A DNA stretch of 60,940 nucleotides, counting the filler, from Porpidia crustulata (taxonomy: Eukaryota), in the NCBI GenBank assembly GCA_964255105.1. It is 11 parts of 11 records of this genome, joined end to end, with 100 filler letters (N's around TTAATTAATTAA, not from the genome) between each part and the next. Parts side by side here need not be neighbours in the genome. Positions count along the whole stretch, not along the records: positions 1 to 5,465 come from CAXUWE010001803.1; positions 5,566 to 11,028 come from CAXUWE010001804.1; positions 11,129 to 16,591 come from CAXUWE010001805.1; 8 more parts are not named here. One strand, 5' to 3'. The first letter of the stretch is position 1; every line of letters starts with the position of its first letter. The notes below the pieces were generated by a model. The model was not told where the DNA came from. It searched no databases and saw only the letters and a list, made by a program, of their open reading frames with translations. The position numbers and the translations under genes were made by a program. This document shows positions 1-12,272 of this stretch, one piece after another.

Positions 1-760
1 GGGTAAAGTCCGGATTAAAGTCCGGATAAATAAGATGTGGTCCATGCGCAGAGCCCTCACAAAATTCCCAATTAGGTAATCGAATTTTCACGTTGATTTT
101 AGCGGTGTTCCACCACTAATAATCTGATTCTTACTTAAAAGTCTTATCTAGGTCAAGTACGGTCACATTTTATGAGGCGAATAGTGAAGTGAACGAGAAT
201 CGTGTCATATCAACACATCACTCAAGGAGTGTCGCAATCATGACTGATGACAATGGACAGCGAGCGCCAACGGCCAAACACAAGTTTCGCAAACTATCAA
301 TAGAAAATTCAATAGATACCCGCTGGCAGCCCGTAGAGCCTCAATCGTTAGATGGCTCCATGTTGCAGTTTCGCAACCAGGTGCGACGTGAGAGGCTCTG
401 ATTGGCTGTAGTTGAATCACGCGAACCAGACTGCCCAGGATAAAACGTATTTTTTGGCGCTCCCCCCTGTTAGGGTCTAGGCCGTGAGGAATGAGTTTAT
501 TATTCTTCCGTTTGCTCTTCTTTTCCTCCTCACAAAACTCTTGTGAGAGAGTCTGTCAGTGAGGTCTAAACGCGTCACTTGTTCAACAATAAAAGCTTCA
601 ATTAACTGCTGCACTACTTCTTCTTCGTGGTCTCTACTTCCATTCTTCGTCACAATCAACTTCTCGCTCCTACTCTGATCGAGTTCATTTGGCGTGACTC
701 GCTCAATCACCAAAGCAACGCCAGTTTACAATCACCGCGAACAGGAAGCCTCCACCAGAC

Positions 761-3700
761 ATGGCAACCACTTCCTCAGCTCCAGCGGCGACAAGCTCCA
801 TCAGCTTCATCCAGGCTCTCAATGGAGGCAATGGAAAAGGTGCCCAGACGGCGGGACAATCCATCCAGAATTTATTTGCATCCTTAGCCACTGCATCTAT
901 CATTGCAGCTGTTCAAATTGGCTTCTTTCTAATGTTCAAAAATAGGCTCGCCAGAGTATAGTAAGTTTCAACGCGACCCCGTCCGTCAAGAGTTCCTGCT
1001 AATACTTGTACAGCAAGCCGCGAACCTATCTCGTGTCGGAGCGGGAACGGACCAACGCACCGCCCAAGGGCCTTTGGCAATGGCTCATTCCGGTTATGAA
1101 AACCAACAAGAACGACTTTATCCAAAAGAGCGGATTGGATGCGTACTTCTTTCTTCGTTATCTTCGCATGTTGCTCAAGATCTTCATCCCGGCAGCGTTC
1201 TTCATCATTCTGATCCTCGTACCGCTGAACAGTGTGAACGGCAGAGGCGCAGACTTTGCCACCGGCATCTATTCCAACAGCAGTACATACAGCAATGTCA
1301 CCGGCTTGGACCAACTCGCTTGGGGCAACGTGCGGCCAACTCAAAACAACCGGTACTGGGCTCATCTGGTCTTGGCCGTGCTTTTGGTGGTCTACGTCTG
1401 TTTCGTATTTTGGGACGAACTCCGCGGCTACATCCGACTACGACAAGCCTACTTGACCTCGCCTCAACATAGGATCAAGGCATCAGCGACAACAGTACTG
1501 GTCACTGGTATCCCTTCGAAATGGATGACTTTCGAAGCTCTCGATGGGCTTTACGACGTCTTCCCAGGAGGTGTCCGTAATATCTGGATCAACCGAAATT
1601 TCGATGGCCTGAGTGTGAAAGTCCAGCAACGTGACGCTTTCGCACTCAAACTCGAAAATGCACTAACGGCTCTGGTTCGGAAAGCGAAGATAGCTTACCT
1701 GAAACACGTTAAGAAGACGGGCGAACCGAACATTATTGCCATGTACTACAAGGCCTGCGAAGAAGCAGGAGCCAGAGAAGATGCAGAAAAAGCTGCCGCT
1801 AGGCTCAATCACGGCGGCGTCAGCTCTGGCAATCCTCACCAGGTGCATCACACACTCGACGCAGCCTTGGCAGATTCATCGGAGCCAGCTTCGCAAGAAG
1901 ACCATTCCGAACCGGACCGACTGACATCACCAATTCATCCATCGGACACCCCCGAGCCCGGTATCCAGAAAAACCCGGACCAACCAAAGTCTGATCAGAT
2001 TCCGTCGGACAATCGTCTCGCTCGTGCCCAGACAGATGGTGCGAACTCACCGAAGGCAGGTTCTTTTATTGAAAAGTATACCGAGTCACCGTCACCAAAC
2101 ACGAGCCACGACAGTACACCCAGCAATGACACACCTTCAAGACTCAAACGCACTAACGTCAGAAGCGAGCCTAGCTATGAGGCGAAAGGTAGAGTACTTG
2201 ATCCACGGTCAAGCAAATCAGAAGATTTAGGAGCGGAAATTCTGAAAAATCCTGAGCGGCTCGGTGAGGCCAAAGGAAGCACCAGGTCCCTTCTCAAATT
2301 CTGGAAGAACCAAATGAGTGCTCCTTACGGCATTCCTAGTCCTACACCTCACGCTCGAGAGGAAGACGAGTTCCCGCTTCACGATACCACTCCTGCCGCC
2401 ACCAACGGATCTGGATCTCACGATGAGCGGGACGCAAACCACGCTGCCGCTAGCAAGCTAAAGGTTCACTTCGCTTTGCAAGCCCATCCCAAGGACATGT
2501 ACGCAAGGCCTCCCTGGGAAGAGGATGAAGATGATGGCGAGCCAACCTGGAGACAATACCTTGAGGACAAGGACCGTGAGACCATGAGACTTCCTGCCTT
2601 GGACTTTGGCTGGTGGCCAACCTTACCATTCATCGGCGCAAAGGTCGATACCATTAATCATTGTCGGAAAGAATTGGCTCGGCTCAACGTCGAGATCGAA
2701 AGAGAGCAGTGCGAACCGGAAAAGTTCCCACTAATGAACTCGGCTTTTATACAATTCAACAACCAAGTCGCCGCGCACATGGCCTGTCAAGCGGTCAGCC
2801 ACCATTCCCCCTTCCACATGGCCCCCCGGATGGTAGAGATCTCCCCAGAAGATGTTATTTGGGACAACATGTCTATGAAATGGTGGGAATCCTACCTGCG
2901 TACCACAGTAGTGGTTCTCGCCATCATTGGACTTGTGATCGGATGGGCTATTCCAGTCACATTCACTGGTCTCTTATCTCAAGTGCATTACTTGGCCTCG
3001 ACGTTCAAATGGTTATCATGGCTTCTACGGACGCCAGCGATACTATTGGCCATCATCCAGGGTGTGTTACCGCAGATTATCTTGGGCCTGCTACTATTCC
3101 TCCTGCCAGTTATCTTGCGCATCCTTGTGAGGTTTCAAGGTAACCGCACAGGCATGTCGGTTGAACTCGCTATGCAGAGTTATTACTTCTTTTTCCTCTT
3201 TGTGCAGGTCTTCCTCGTCGTTTCAATTTCGTCTGGAATTACAACAGTGGTCCAACAGGTCACAAAATCACCCCAGAGCGTACCATCAATCCTAGCGCAG
3301 AATCTGCCAAAGGCTTCCAATTATTTCTTTTCCTACTTGCTATTGCAAGGCTTGTCTACAAGTGCAGGAGCTCTTGTTCAAATCTGGACTTTGCTTCAAT
3401 GCTACGTTTTTGCAAGGTTATTCGACAAGACGGCAAGAGATAAATGGAGGCGGCAGACCAGCCTACCACTCATCGGCTGGGGCACATTCTTTCCGGTCTA
3501 TACAAACCTAGCCGCCATAGGTCAGTAGTATCCTACTTCAGACTGAGCACTGAGCTAATTCTAATGTCAGGTTTGATTTATTCTGTAATCTCACCGATAA
3601 TCCTACTCTTTTGCATAGCAGCTTTCGGACTTTTCTGGATCGTGTTTCGATACAACACGCTCTATGTGACCAAATTTCGCTTCGACACGGGTGGCCTCCT

Positions 3701-5465
3701 CTTCCCCAAAGCAATCAACCAGCTGTTCACCGGACTATATTTCATGGAGCTTTGCTTGATCGGTCTATTCTTCCTTGTCCGCGACGTCGATTCGAACGGC
3801 AACGCTGTCGGGACACCTTGCACAGGACAGGCCATTGTCATGATCGTGGTTCTCATCGGAACGGTTGGTTTTCAGTGGCTTCTGAACGACGCCTTCAGTC
3901 CGCTATTCAGATATCTGCCAATTACTCTTGAGGACGAAGCGGTCGAACGTGATGAGATATTTGCACTGACTCAGTCGAAGCGCTGGGAACGTATCTATGC
4001 TAATCGCGACAATGCCGTCAAGACTGTGCCCACCAACCGTGAACTGCAATCTGCAGAAGACACCGAAGGCAAGGAGATCGAGGCTCATCTAGAGCGACAA
4101 CGCATAGAGAACAACAGGAAACAATTCGAAAATGGAGCCGATGAACGCCAAGGGGCATTAAGACATTTAGCGACTCAGCACAGTGATTCATACGGTCGGA
4201 TGTTGACGAGAAAGAAGAAATTATTCCTCTCCAATGAAACCGAAAAGCCCAAATGGCGGGACGACAGCTCCGAGTCTGGTGTTTATGGGATCAAGGTCTT
4301 CGAAGAATGGGAACCGCGCGCTCGAAAATACGACGGCATGAATGACCCAGGAGCGACCCAGAACACATCGCAAACGGACTTGTATGGCGTCAGCGGTTCC
4401 GAAGATCGTCGCCGGTGCAAGAGAAGACGGGAGTACTACAAACATCTCGAGGAGCTCCAGCATCGTGCTGTGGAAGAACACTGGCAGTATGTCGAAGCTC
4501 GCAAAGAAAAACGCGAGATGGAAATCCGAGGCTTCGGTGGCGACGGGAATGATTCTAGCGATGAGCACCACCAGGGATCTGATGAGGACCAAAGCTCGGT
4601 AACAGTGAGAAGGCCAGGCTCCAATTCCCGGGACCATAGTGAAGAGCACAGGCACAGCTCTGAGGAAACACAAGCTACGGTGATTCACAGAACTCCCGAG
4701 ATAACCAGCAACGGGCACAGCTCCGAGGAAACACAAGCTACGGTAATCCACAGAACTCCCGAGATAACCGGCAGCGGCAGCAGCACAGACCGCCAACTGA
4801 GTTTCTCTGACGAACAAAGTTCGATGGGAGCACGTCGTCGGAGTGAGAGCGCAGGCAAGAGCGAATCTGGTCTTGACGAACATACTGCACGTCGCCGGCT
4901 TGCCGAAGACATTTACAAAGATTTCCTCCAGGCGTACCAAGATCAGAAGGAACAGGAGCTAGGCAAATCGGCAGCTCTGAGATTGATTGAGGAAGGCGAT
5001 GAGGTCACCGCGGATGATTGGCAATGGTGCGAAGATACCTTTATCAAGGCGGACTTGATCGAAACCTTCTTCCTGCACGACGAGCATGGAAATCCTCGAC
5101 CGTACGCGGACGCTCTACGCCACGTCTCCACAGTCTGGGTACCGCCCTTCAGGCCTTTGCGCCCAGAGGATGGGGGGCCTCAGCCGTTATCCCGAGCCAC
5201 GGATCAAACCCACAAACCGGCGCTCAAGATCTCACTCAAAAAACTCGGCTGGGCAGAGCGATCCCGCAAAGACTGGGCTGCAAGATCACCACACTTTCGC
5301 CACGTCTACGATTTTCCGGAGCGTAAGCATACGCGGCCCCCGACGGACCTGGAAGCGCAAGACTCGGATTACCTTGGCCGAGCCATCTTTTCCGACATGA
5401 AGGACGAGCTGGAAGACCTGACGATCGAGGAGCGGGACAAGTTGGTCCGTCGTGCGTTCCAGCAC
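761..5465 (+). CDS. OSCA/TMEM63 (CSC1/RSN1/PHM7, DUF221) calcium-permeable channel family; 3' end cut by contig end
   Basis: Exons 761-960, 1014-3520, 3571->5465 with GT-AG introns 961-1013 and 3521-3570. Motifs GLDAYFFLRYL, SAFIQFN, PEDVIWDN, NLPKASNYFFSY, DTGGLLFPKAINQLFTGLY; many hydrophobic segments; C-terminal ELEDLTIEERDKLVRRAFQH. Confidence 0.92.
4653..4778 (+). repeat. 63-bp in-frame tandem duplication (2 copies) in the channel C-terminal tail
   Basis: Units start at 4653 and 4716; encode HSSEETQATVIHRTPEITSNG and HSSEETQATVIHRTPEITGSG. Confidence 0.95.
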
Positions 5466-5565
5466 NNNNNNNNNNNNNNNNNNNNNNNNNNNNNNNNNNN
5501 NNNNNNNNNTTAATTAATTAANNNNNNNNNNNNNNNNNNNNNNNNNNNNNNNNNNNNNNNNNNNN
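5466..5565. other. Artificial contig spacer N44-TTAATTAATTAA-N44 (also at 11029-11128, 16592-16691, 22150-22249, 27707-27806, 33262-33361, 38806-38905, 44348-44447, 49881-49980, 55411-55510)
   Basis: Identical 100-nt spacer occurs ten times; the 12-mer puts stop codons in all six frames; genes are truncated at several spacers. Confidence 0.99.
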
Positions 5566-6305
5566 TTGTTTTGTTGTAAAATAATTGTTTTTTAAAATCA
5601 TTTTTTTTGGGCTTTTGGGTTTTTTCCGCCTTTTTTTTTTTTTTTTTGATTTTCAAAATCGACTCCAGCCTGATGCATACAGTGATAAGTTCGTCTCCCA
5701 CACACCACGTTTACTGATATCAAGAATTAAATATATGGTTTTCCAAAAGTCGAAAACAAAAGACAAAGCATCATTTCGCAAGAAGTGCGGCGTTGATTGA
5801 ATGTTTTCTAACACGACATCTATTACTTATACTATGACATACAGTCGCATTCCTGACCGATTGCCATTACTTACTCTTTCTATTTCCTCTTTCGTTAATT
5901 CATCTTCCTCTCGTCTTGAACAGACTCCAACCAGGAAGAGCCGTGTTGGTACCTGATTTGTATTTCAATCTTCTCATCGGGTCAGGATCCGATTCTGAGG
6001 CAGTAGGGAGGCCTTTCCAAAGACGTAGAGTAAGGAGAGAGATAGCACTCTTAAGGTCTGGGATTGGAGGTTGGGAGATGTGGGAGAGGGTAATGCAGAT
6101 GCGGGAGTGGGTTGTTGATAGGATTCAAGGGACGAGAAATCATGATGTTCTTGACATACAATCTTGTATATGCATCGGGTTCGTGCTATCCTAGAATACT
6201 AAAATCCAATAGATCCTACACAGAAAAAAAACAACCGCCAGGATATCAAACGCCGTTCGATGCACGCTGAACTCGACAGAACCCCCCTTCGAAATCACCC
6301 CCATT

Positions 6306-9300
6306 TCAGAACCCCCGGAAAGGCTCCTCCTTTCCCCACCCCAGAACCTCCACCACCACGTTTCCAATCGTACTCGCCGCCCAAAGCGTCACGAGACCCC
6401 ATCCGATCCTCCTATCCATCTTCCAACTATTCAATGGCACAACTATCAACAGTCCCAGCAGGGTGACTAGGAGCGTCACACCACTAATTACCAGCGTCCC
6501 ACTGACCTCCAGCTGATACGGCTTATACTTGACTGGCCGGTTAGGATGGCGCTTGTGCCATCCATTACCTTCTTGAATCGTCATGTACAGCCCGCTAATA
6601 CCGATGCCTAGCAGGATGTTAAGCATGGGGCCACCGAAGCAGGCGCTCAGCGCCATAACAGGATAGCCGATTTTGGCAACCGTGATATCTGCAACGAGAT
6701 CTCCAAGGGAATTACCTACAGCAAAGATAGTGAGGCCGAGAATAGCATCACTGATCCCGAGGATAACGCCAAAAGCTTTGAGCACGCCGACGACTTCGTT
6801 GGCGATGGTAGAGATCCAGGCGATGCTGACGATGAAGCCGAGAAAGCAGAAAAGGTAGCGGTAGCGTGGGGGTTGTGAGGCGGAGGTACCGAGGAGAAGG
6901 ATGGCAAGCACGACGAGGGAGCAGATGAGGGCGTAGATGGTAGGGAGGAAGAGGTTGCGGGCACAGAGGGTGGGATCGGTATTGGCCCAGATGAGGAGAA
7001 CGATGAATAATGGAGCGGTAAAAATCTGGGTGGCGACAAGCCAGCGGTTCCATTCTTTTGGGGACGATGACAAGGCTCTGGCAGACTCAGGAGTCTCTGG
7101 GCGCGACTGAGTAGATTGATGACGAGATTCTGTTGGCTGCTGGTTGTCTTGAGTATACGTTGTTGGCGAACGCCTTTCGCCGTCGTCTTCGGAAGTGATG
7201 ATGGAAGGTACACTACGAGCGTAGCCAACAGCATTGGTTGGTTTCTGTTGAGGAAGCTCGAGTCTACCATTGGCATTATCTGTCGTATTCTCTCTTGAAT
7301 TTTGAGGTGGCATTACTGTGATAGCAGTTGACTGTGAACGCGAACGGCCTCCACTCGGAGTACGGGGAATGTAAGCTAATCCTGGATCTGCAATGTCGTC
7401 GTTTTCCTTCTCAGATTCCACAATCGGCAATGTGATAGCAAGAAAAAAAACACTTGGCGCAGCGACAATACCAAGGAGTCTTTCCCAGACACTTTTCTCT
7501 TTCCAGGAATAGAGGGTTGGGAAAAGGGTTGATGTCAAAACCTGAGGTGGAGGAAGAACCCCGTAAGGCCACCAATTTATTGGCTTGTCACCCGATTCGT
7601 TAGGAACCCGTTGGTGGTACGTTGATTCTGATCCGATACTTGGAGGGGGAAGGCGCAAACTGTGCGCTCGAGAGCGGGGCTTGAAGCTTGGGTCGTCAAA
7701 GTATTGTGGAAAAGGCGACGACGCTGGACTCAGGCTTCGCACTCCCGAAGGTGTTGACGTAAAGGTTCTGGGTGATCTTGGAATCGACAGGGTCGGCGAA
7801 GGAGCAGTATTCGGGGAGCCTGGTATGTCAAGATAGCCATCGGGACGGTCAGATGTTCCTGATAGGCATCTATCAGGCGGCGCTAGACGATTTGAGGGCG
7901 ACCTTGATTCCATATACGAAATAGCCGAGGGACTTGTAGCAAAATATCCAAAATCATTTGGTACTGGAGATAGAGACAACGCTGGTGTTGAGCGGCCGCT
8001 TTTGCGAGTCCCAGCCTCATCAGCATTAGAAAGTCCTGCTGATCCTGGAGGTGTTGCAACAGATAAACCTATGTCAGGTATGGCTAGCCTCTGGAAAGCG
8101 TTTGGGTCCAGCTGCAATCCGGCGGCATCATTGGCAGATACCGCTCGAACCCTATTCGCACCAGACCGATCCAGCTCGGAACTAGACCTCGCAACGTCGC
8201 TTGCTGCGTCATGGGCGGTCAGATTGTCCCGGCTATTTTCAGGTACAAGACCACTGGATAATTGATCTTGCTGTTGCGCCGCAGTAAAGGTAGGATCGTC
8301 AGAGTATCGCCTCAAATTGATTGGGATCGTCTGGATACTTTTCGATTTCTGCAGTGAAGACAAAACCGCTCGGAACTCCAAAGCTCCAACCAAACTCGGC
8401 CTGATTGGGTTGACAGTGTTCCGTCGCTCACCACGTCGAGGTCGGCTGACTCGCATATTGCTACTAATTTCAGCCATGTAATGCTCTCGTGTCTCATCAT
8501 CCTCGTCTTCATCCATAGATATCACCAGTGGACTTCCTCCTCTTTCCAAATTAGCAAAGTCATCGATTGATGCCCCACTCGATATGCGGCTAGCAGCGAC
8601 CTCGTTATCATCATCCTGATACGGCTCAGCTTCTGGCTCGTAACTCCCGGGAACCTGGAAATGGCCTCTCGCGGCAGCTTCAAGGTCCTTCCGACGCCTT
8701 TTCCGCGTCAGGTACCAATGCCAAAGGACCACTGTGATCACATAGAAAATATAAAATCCAATCATCACGGCGCACTCCCATAAGTGAAGATGACCGTCCG
8801 CCAAGAACACCATGCTGAAACTCGATGCCACGATAAAGAAGCCCACGTCTCTGACAAAGCTCTTTCTGGCTACCTTGAAGGGTCGTACTAACGCCATTGA
8901 TCCGGCCACAACAGCGGTGATAAATCCAGCGGCTCCGATTAATTCTCCGATAGCCAAGCTTCCACTATGCGTCTTCATTGCTGCAAAGGTGGAGAAAACA
9001 TCCGGGCTCCCATTTCCAAACGCCAAAAATGTAACGCCGGCCATGCTCTCACTCATACCCAAAATATTGGCGATGGTGCTGAGATTGATACAAAAGAAGT
9101 CGCTGGCGGCTATGCCGATTGTGCTGAACAGCAACCCAAGCCATAGAACTAGTATGATAAACGCTACAGGTTTCACGCGTTCCAGTCTGCAGTAGTATAG
9201 TTGAAGGTAGGAGAGTAGGCCTGCTTCTTCGTCGGCGCAATTGGCTTTGACGTAGGCGCATTGATCACTGAACTTGTGAACATGGCGGCACTAGAAGTAT

Positions 9301-9614
9301 AATATTGTTGTTAGCCCAAAGCAACTCAACAGTAAGTTAGTGATTAAGAAGCTGTGCACCTCAAGATCTCTGCGCGCAAGACCATGTACTGAAAAATGGA
9401 ATTGTTCCGGAGTGGCTCTTTCATATCGTGGTAGCAAAGCTCTACTTGAACCTCTCGGAGCCATCGATTCATCAGTGGCGAAACTCCATGCCGCGAGTAC
9501 AAGTATCACTGCTATTGTGAGGTAGAATGCTCGCGCGGCGGAGTACTTATTCCTTGAGCGAGCAGAGGGCCCCATCCGTTGCACTGGCGTTGCGGAGGAT
9601 GAATGTATGGCCAT
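6306..9614 (-). CDS. Cation/Ca2+ exchanger (CCX/NCKX-like; Ecm27/YDL206W family)
   Basis: Exons 9614-9360 and 9290-6306 (intron 9359-9291, GT..CTAG). Alpha-repeat motifs GVTFLAFGNGSPDVFS and GLTIFAVGNSLGDLVAD, plus GGPMLNILLG; long S/P-rich central loop. Confidence 0.93.
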
Positions 9615-9989
9615 CGTAAGTGCATGATTGAAGAATGCTCAGTAACAGATGTAAAGGACACGATCGGAGAAGATGTAAAGCAGTGAGTGGATAGCGAAAT
9701 GTACCTAGACAGATGCGTCGTCTTGGCCCGCGACATCACGGCCGCCAAGAGCTCATGGCCTTGATTTTAGCCAGTGGGGTTCGGCGGTAGCGGAGAACTG
9801 TTATCGGCTGCCGTACCGAGCTGAACTTCTCTTAGTGTACGGTGGCCTGCTAAAGCTTGTAATGCAGATAGCTTTATCGACTTGAAACCCCTCGTGTCCC
9901 CCAAGTTTTACTGACCAAAAGCAGAACTATCGATGCGCTGAAGTTAGCAGGCTCTCTCCTCGATTACTTTGCAAGGAAAACCGAGGATT

Positions 9990-10978
9990 ATGCCTTCAGA
10001 AACTGATCCTCTACTGCCTCAGGGCAACTCAGCGCCAGAGATCACGGGCTATGGTTTCTCCAAAGCATCGACCTCCGATTACCAATATAGTAATACAGCT
10101 CTCCAGAACGCAGTCGTAGTCGAGGAGGAAGGCGAAGAATATCCAGATCAATTCGGCACGACGAAATCGCCTCTACGAACCTTGCTCTCTCTTTTCTCGA
10201 TTGTCATACTCTTTGCTCTCTTCATTACCTTGCTTATACCAAAAGGACTTGGTGATCGATTGCAAAGCCCAATAGATGAGCCGAAGACTGGTCCTAAAAC
10301 AATCGAAGCTAGAGTCAACAAGATACTATCTGAGAACCCATTGATAGGTCTATACACGTCTATATATACGTCTATCAGTCACGCAACCTGACAGCAAGAT
10401 CAGATGGACANNNNNNNNNNATAATGACCTAGCCATCCTAATAAGATACCTTTACAACAACAAGATCTATGACAAGAACTTCACCGATGTCTTCGAGAAC
10501 GGCGGCATGGGTTTCCATGTTGACTTGCCTCGGCTGAAGGCTGGGAAAGTCGGTGGAGCTTTCTGGTCCGCCTACGTAGGATGCCCTGCAAACGGCAGTG
10601 ATTTCTCAAATGAAGCCTACGCCCCTGGTCAGTCCCCCAAATTCATTGCAATAGTCATCGTTAAACCTCCATGCTTACGGAATCCAGGAATTTCCGCAAC
10701 CCTGTCCCAAATTGATCTCCTCCGCCGCCTGACAGCTGCCTACCCAACCCACTTTTCATCCCCAAACATCAACAGCACGACCGCCCTAGCCCCCTTTTTC
10801 AGAAACCTCCTCATCTCCCCCCTCGCCATTGAAGGCCTCCACCAAATCGGCAATTCCCTCTCGAACCTCCGTCTCTACCACTCCCTCTCCGTCCGCTACG
10901 CCACCCTAACCCACAACTGCCACAACCCCTACGCCGACGCCGCCCTCATTACCAACAGCAACGGCACCACCATCGCCG

Positions 10979-10980
<2 letters not shown>
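9990..10980 (+). CDS. Membrane dipeptidase (peptidase family M19), N-terminal TM anchor; 3' truncated
   Basis: ATG 9990; TM segment LLSLFSIVILFALFITLLI; NPLI-DGHNDL across intron 10348-10403 and the N gap; HVDLPRLKAGKVGGAFWSAY; AIEGLHQIG; YATLTHNCHN. Confidence 0.88.

Positions 10981-11028
<48 letters not shown>
10981..11028. other. 48-nt poly-G at contig end, probable sequencing artefact
   Basis: Pure G run abruptly replaces coding sequence next to the spacer. Confidence 0.85.
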
Positions 11029-12272
11029 NNNNNNNNNNNNNNNNNNNNNNNNNNNNNNNNNNNNNNNNNNNNTTAATTAATTAANNNNNNNNNNNNNNNN
11101 NNNNNNNNNNNNNNNNNNNNNNNNNNNNATTAACGCGAGAGATGAAATGAACACAGACATCGAGGACGGAGGGAAGAAAAGAAGGAAAGAGAGAAAAGGG
11201 GGGGTTGGGGAAAAAGGACGGTGGGAGGTAAGAGATCTGCACCTTATTTTGCTCGTAGAATCCAATCCGTGCTGTGTGAATGGGCGGCTAGCATCATCCC
11301 ATCGCTTCTCCCTATATCTCCATCACTACATTGCAAAAGAAAAAAATTCATCGTCTATCCGGCTCGTTTCCGACGACTGGAGCATGGTACACCTCAAGGA
11401 ATCCCCTTGTCATTCATCTAAAACCATACTGGATATTATCGTCTAGATACACTTCATCTGGATGTCTTCGCTCGGATCGAGTCATCCCCCCTGACCCGCT
11501 TTCCCTCCGCGCTCCGCCTTTTCATGAATCATAACGAGAGAAAAAGAAGGGAGAAAAGCCCCCTTTCGCGCATCCGAGCGCTTCTGTTGCAGAATAATAA
11601 AGATGGTGTTGATGATCTGCATGCTAGAGAGAAAAAGCAAAAAGATTTTTGGAGAAAAGTTGGGAAATTACGGATGTGGCTGGAACCCGGAGGTCGTGAT
11701 AGAATCCCGGGGTATGTCGGTCGCTGGCTTGCCAGTTGCCAGAGGTTGCAGAATTGACCGTGTAGATTAGTCGACCGGCGGCCTCCTGAGGTCAACCTCA
11801 CGCCGATACTGCAGAGCTCGGGTGTGTGAAGCGCGGAAGCTTGAAAGAGATTCTGAGACTGAAAACATGACAAGGCCGTAATCCAGAAAGACAAAGATTT
11901 GCTGGGTAATCTATGCATAAAGATACAGGAAGAAATAAGACGCCGACTCAGGCGAGCCGACGGCAAACCCGGGCAGAATGGCAAAGGGTCCATCCCTTGG
12001 CAAGACTGGATATCTCAAAGGTCAATCCAAAGTACAAAAGATTGCAAAACTGGCCAATTGTACAGCAAGTGTTCAAGGCGCCACACCTTGTATCGAGTCG
12101 TTGCCCTCCAAAGCTATGTGCAAGTGCAAATCGTAATGCTTCGTAAAGGTGATGATAATATGACATTTTGCAGACCGTTCGAGTAGATGGCGAGTCGTTA
12201 CTTTGGCCGTATTTGCATAATATTCGTTTCGTCATTCATGGTACAATATGGCCCCTGCCAGCAGTGTAAAGC

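Noticed and set aside
10981..11028. Poly-Gly tract or G-quadruplex
   Set aside because: Terminal poly-G typical of two-colour sequencing no-signal reads; it interrupts a conserved enzyme.
11129..12272. UGUA elements downstream of the PUF gene suggesting autoregulation
   Set aside because: Several UGUA cores but few consensus-length matches; not clearly above chance, and the UTR extent is unknown.
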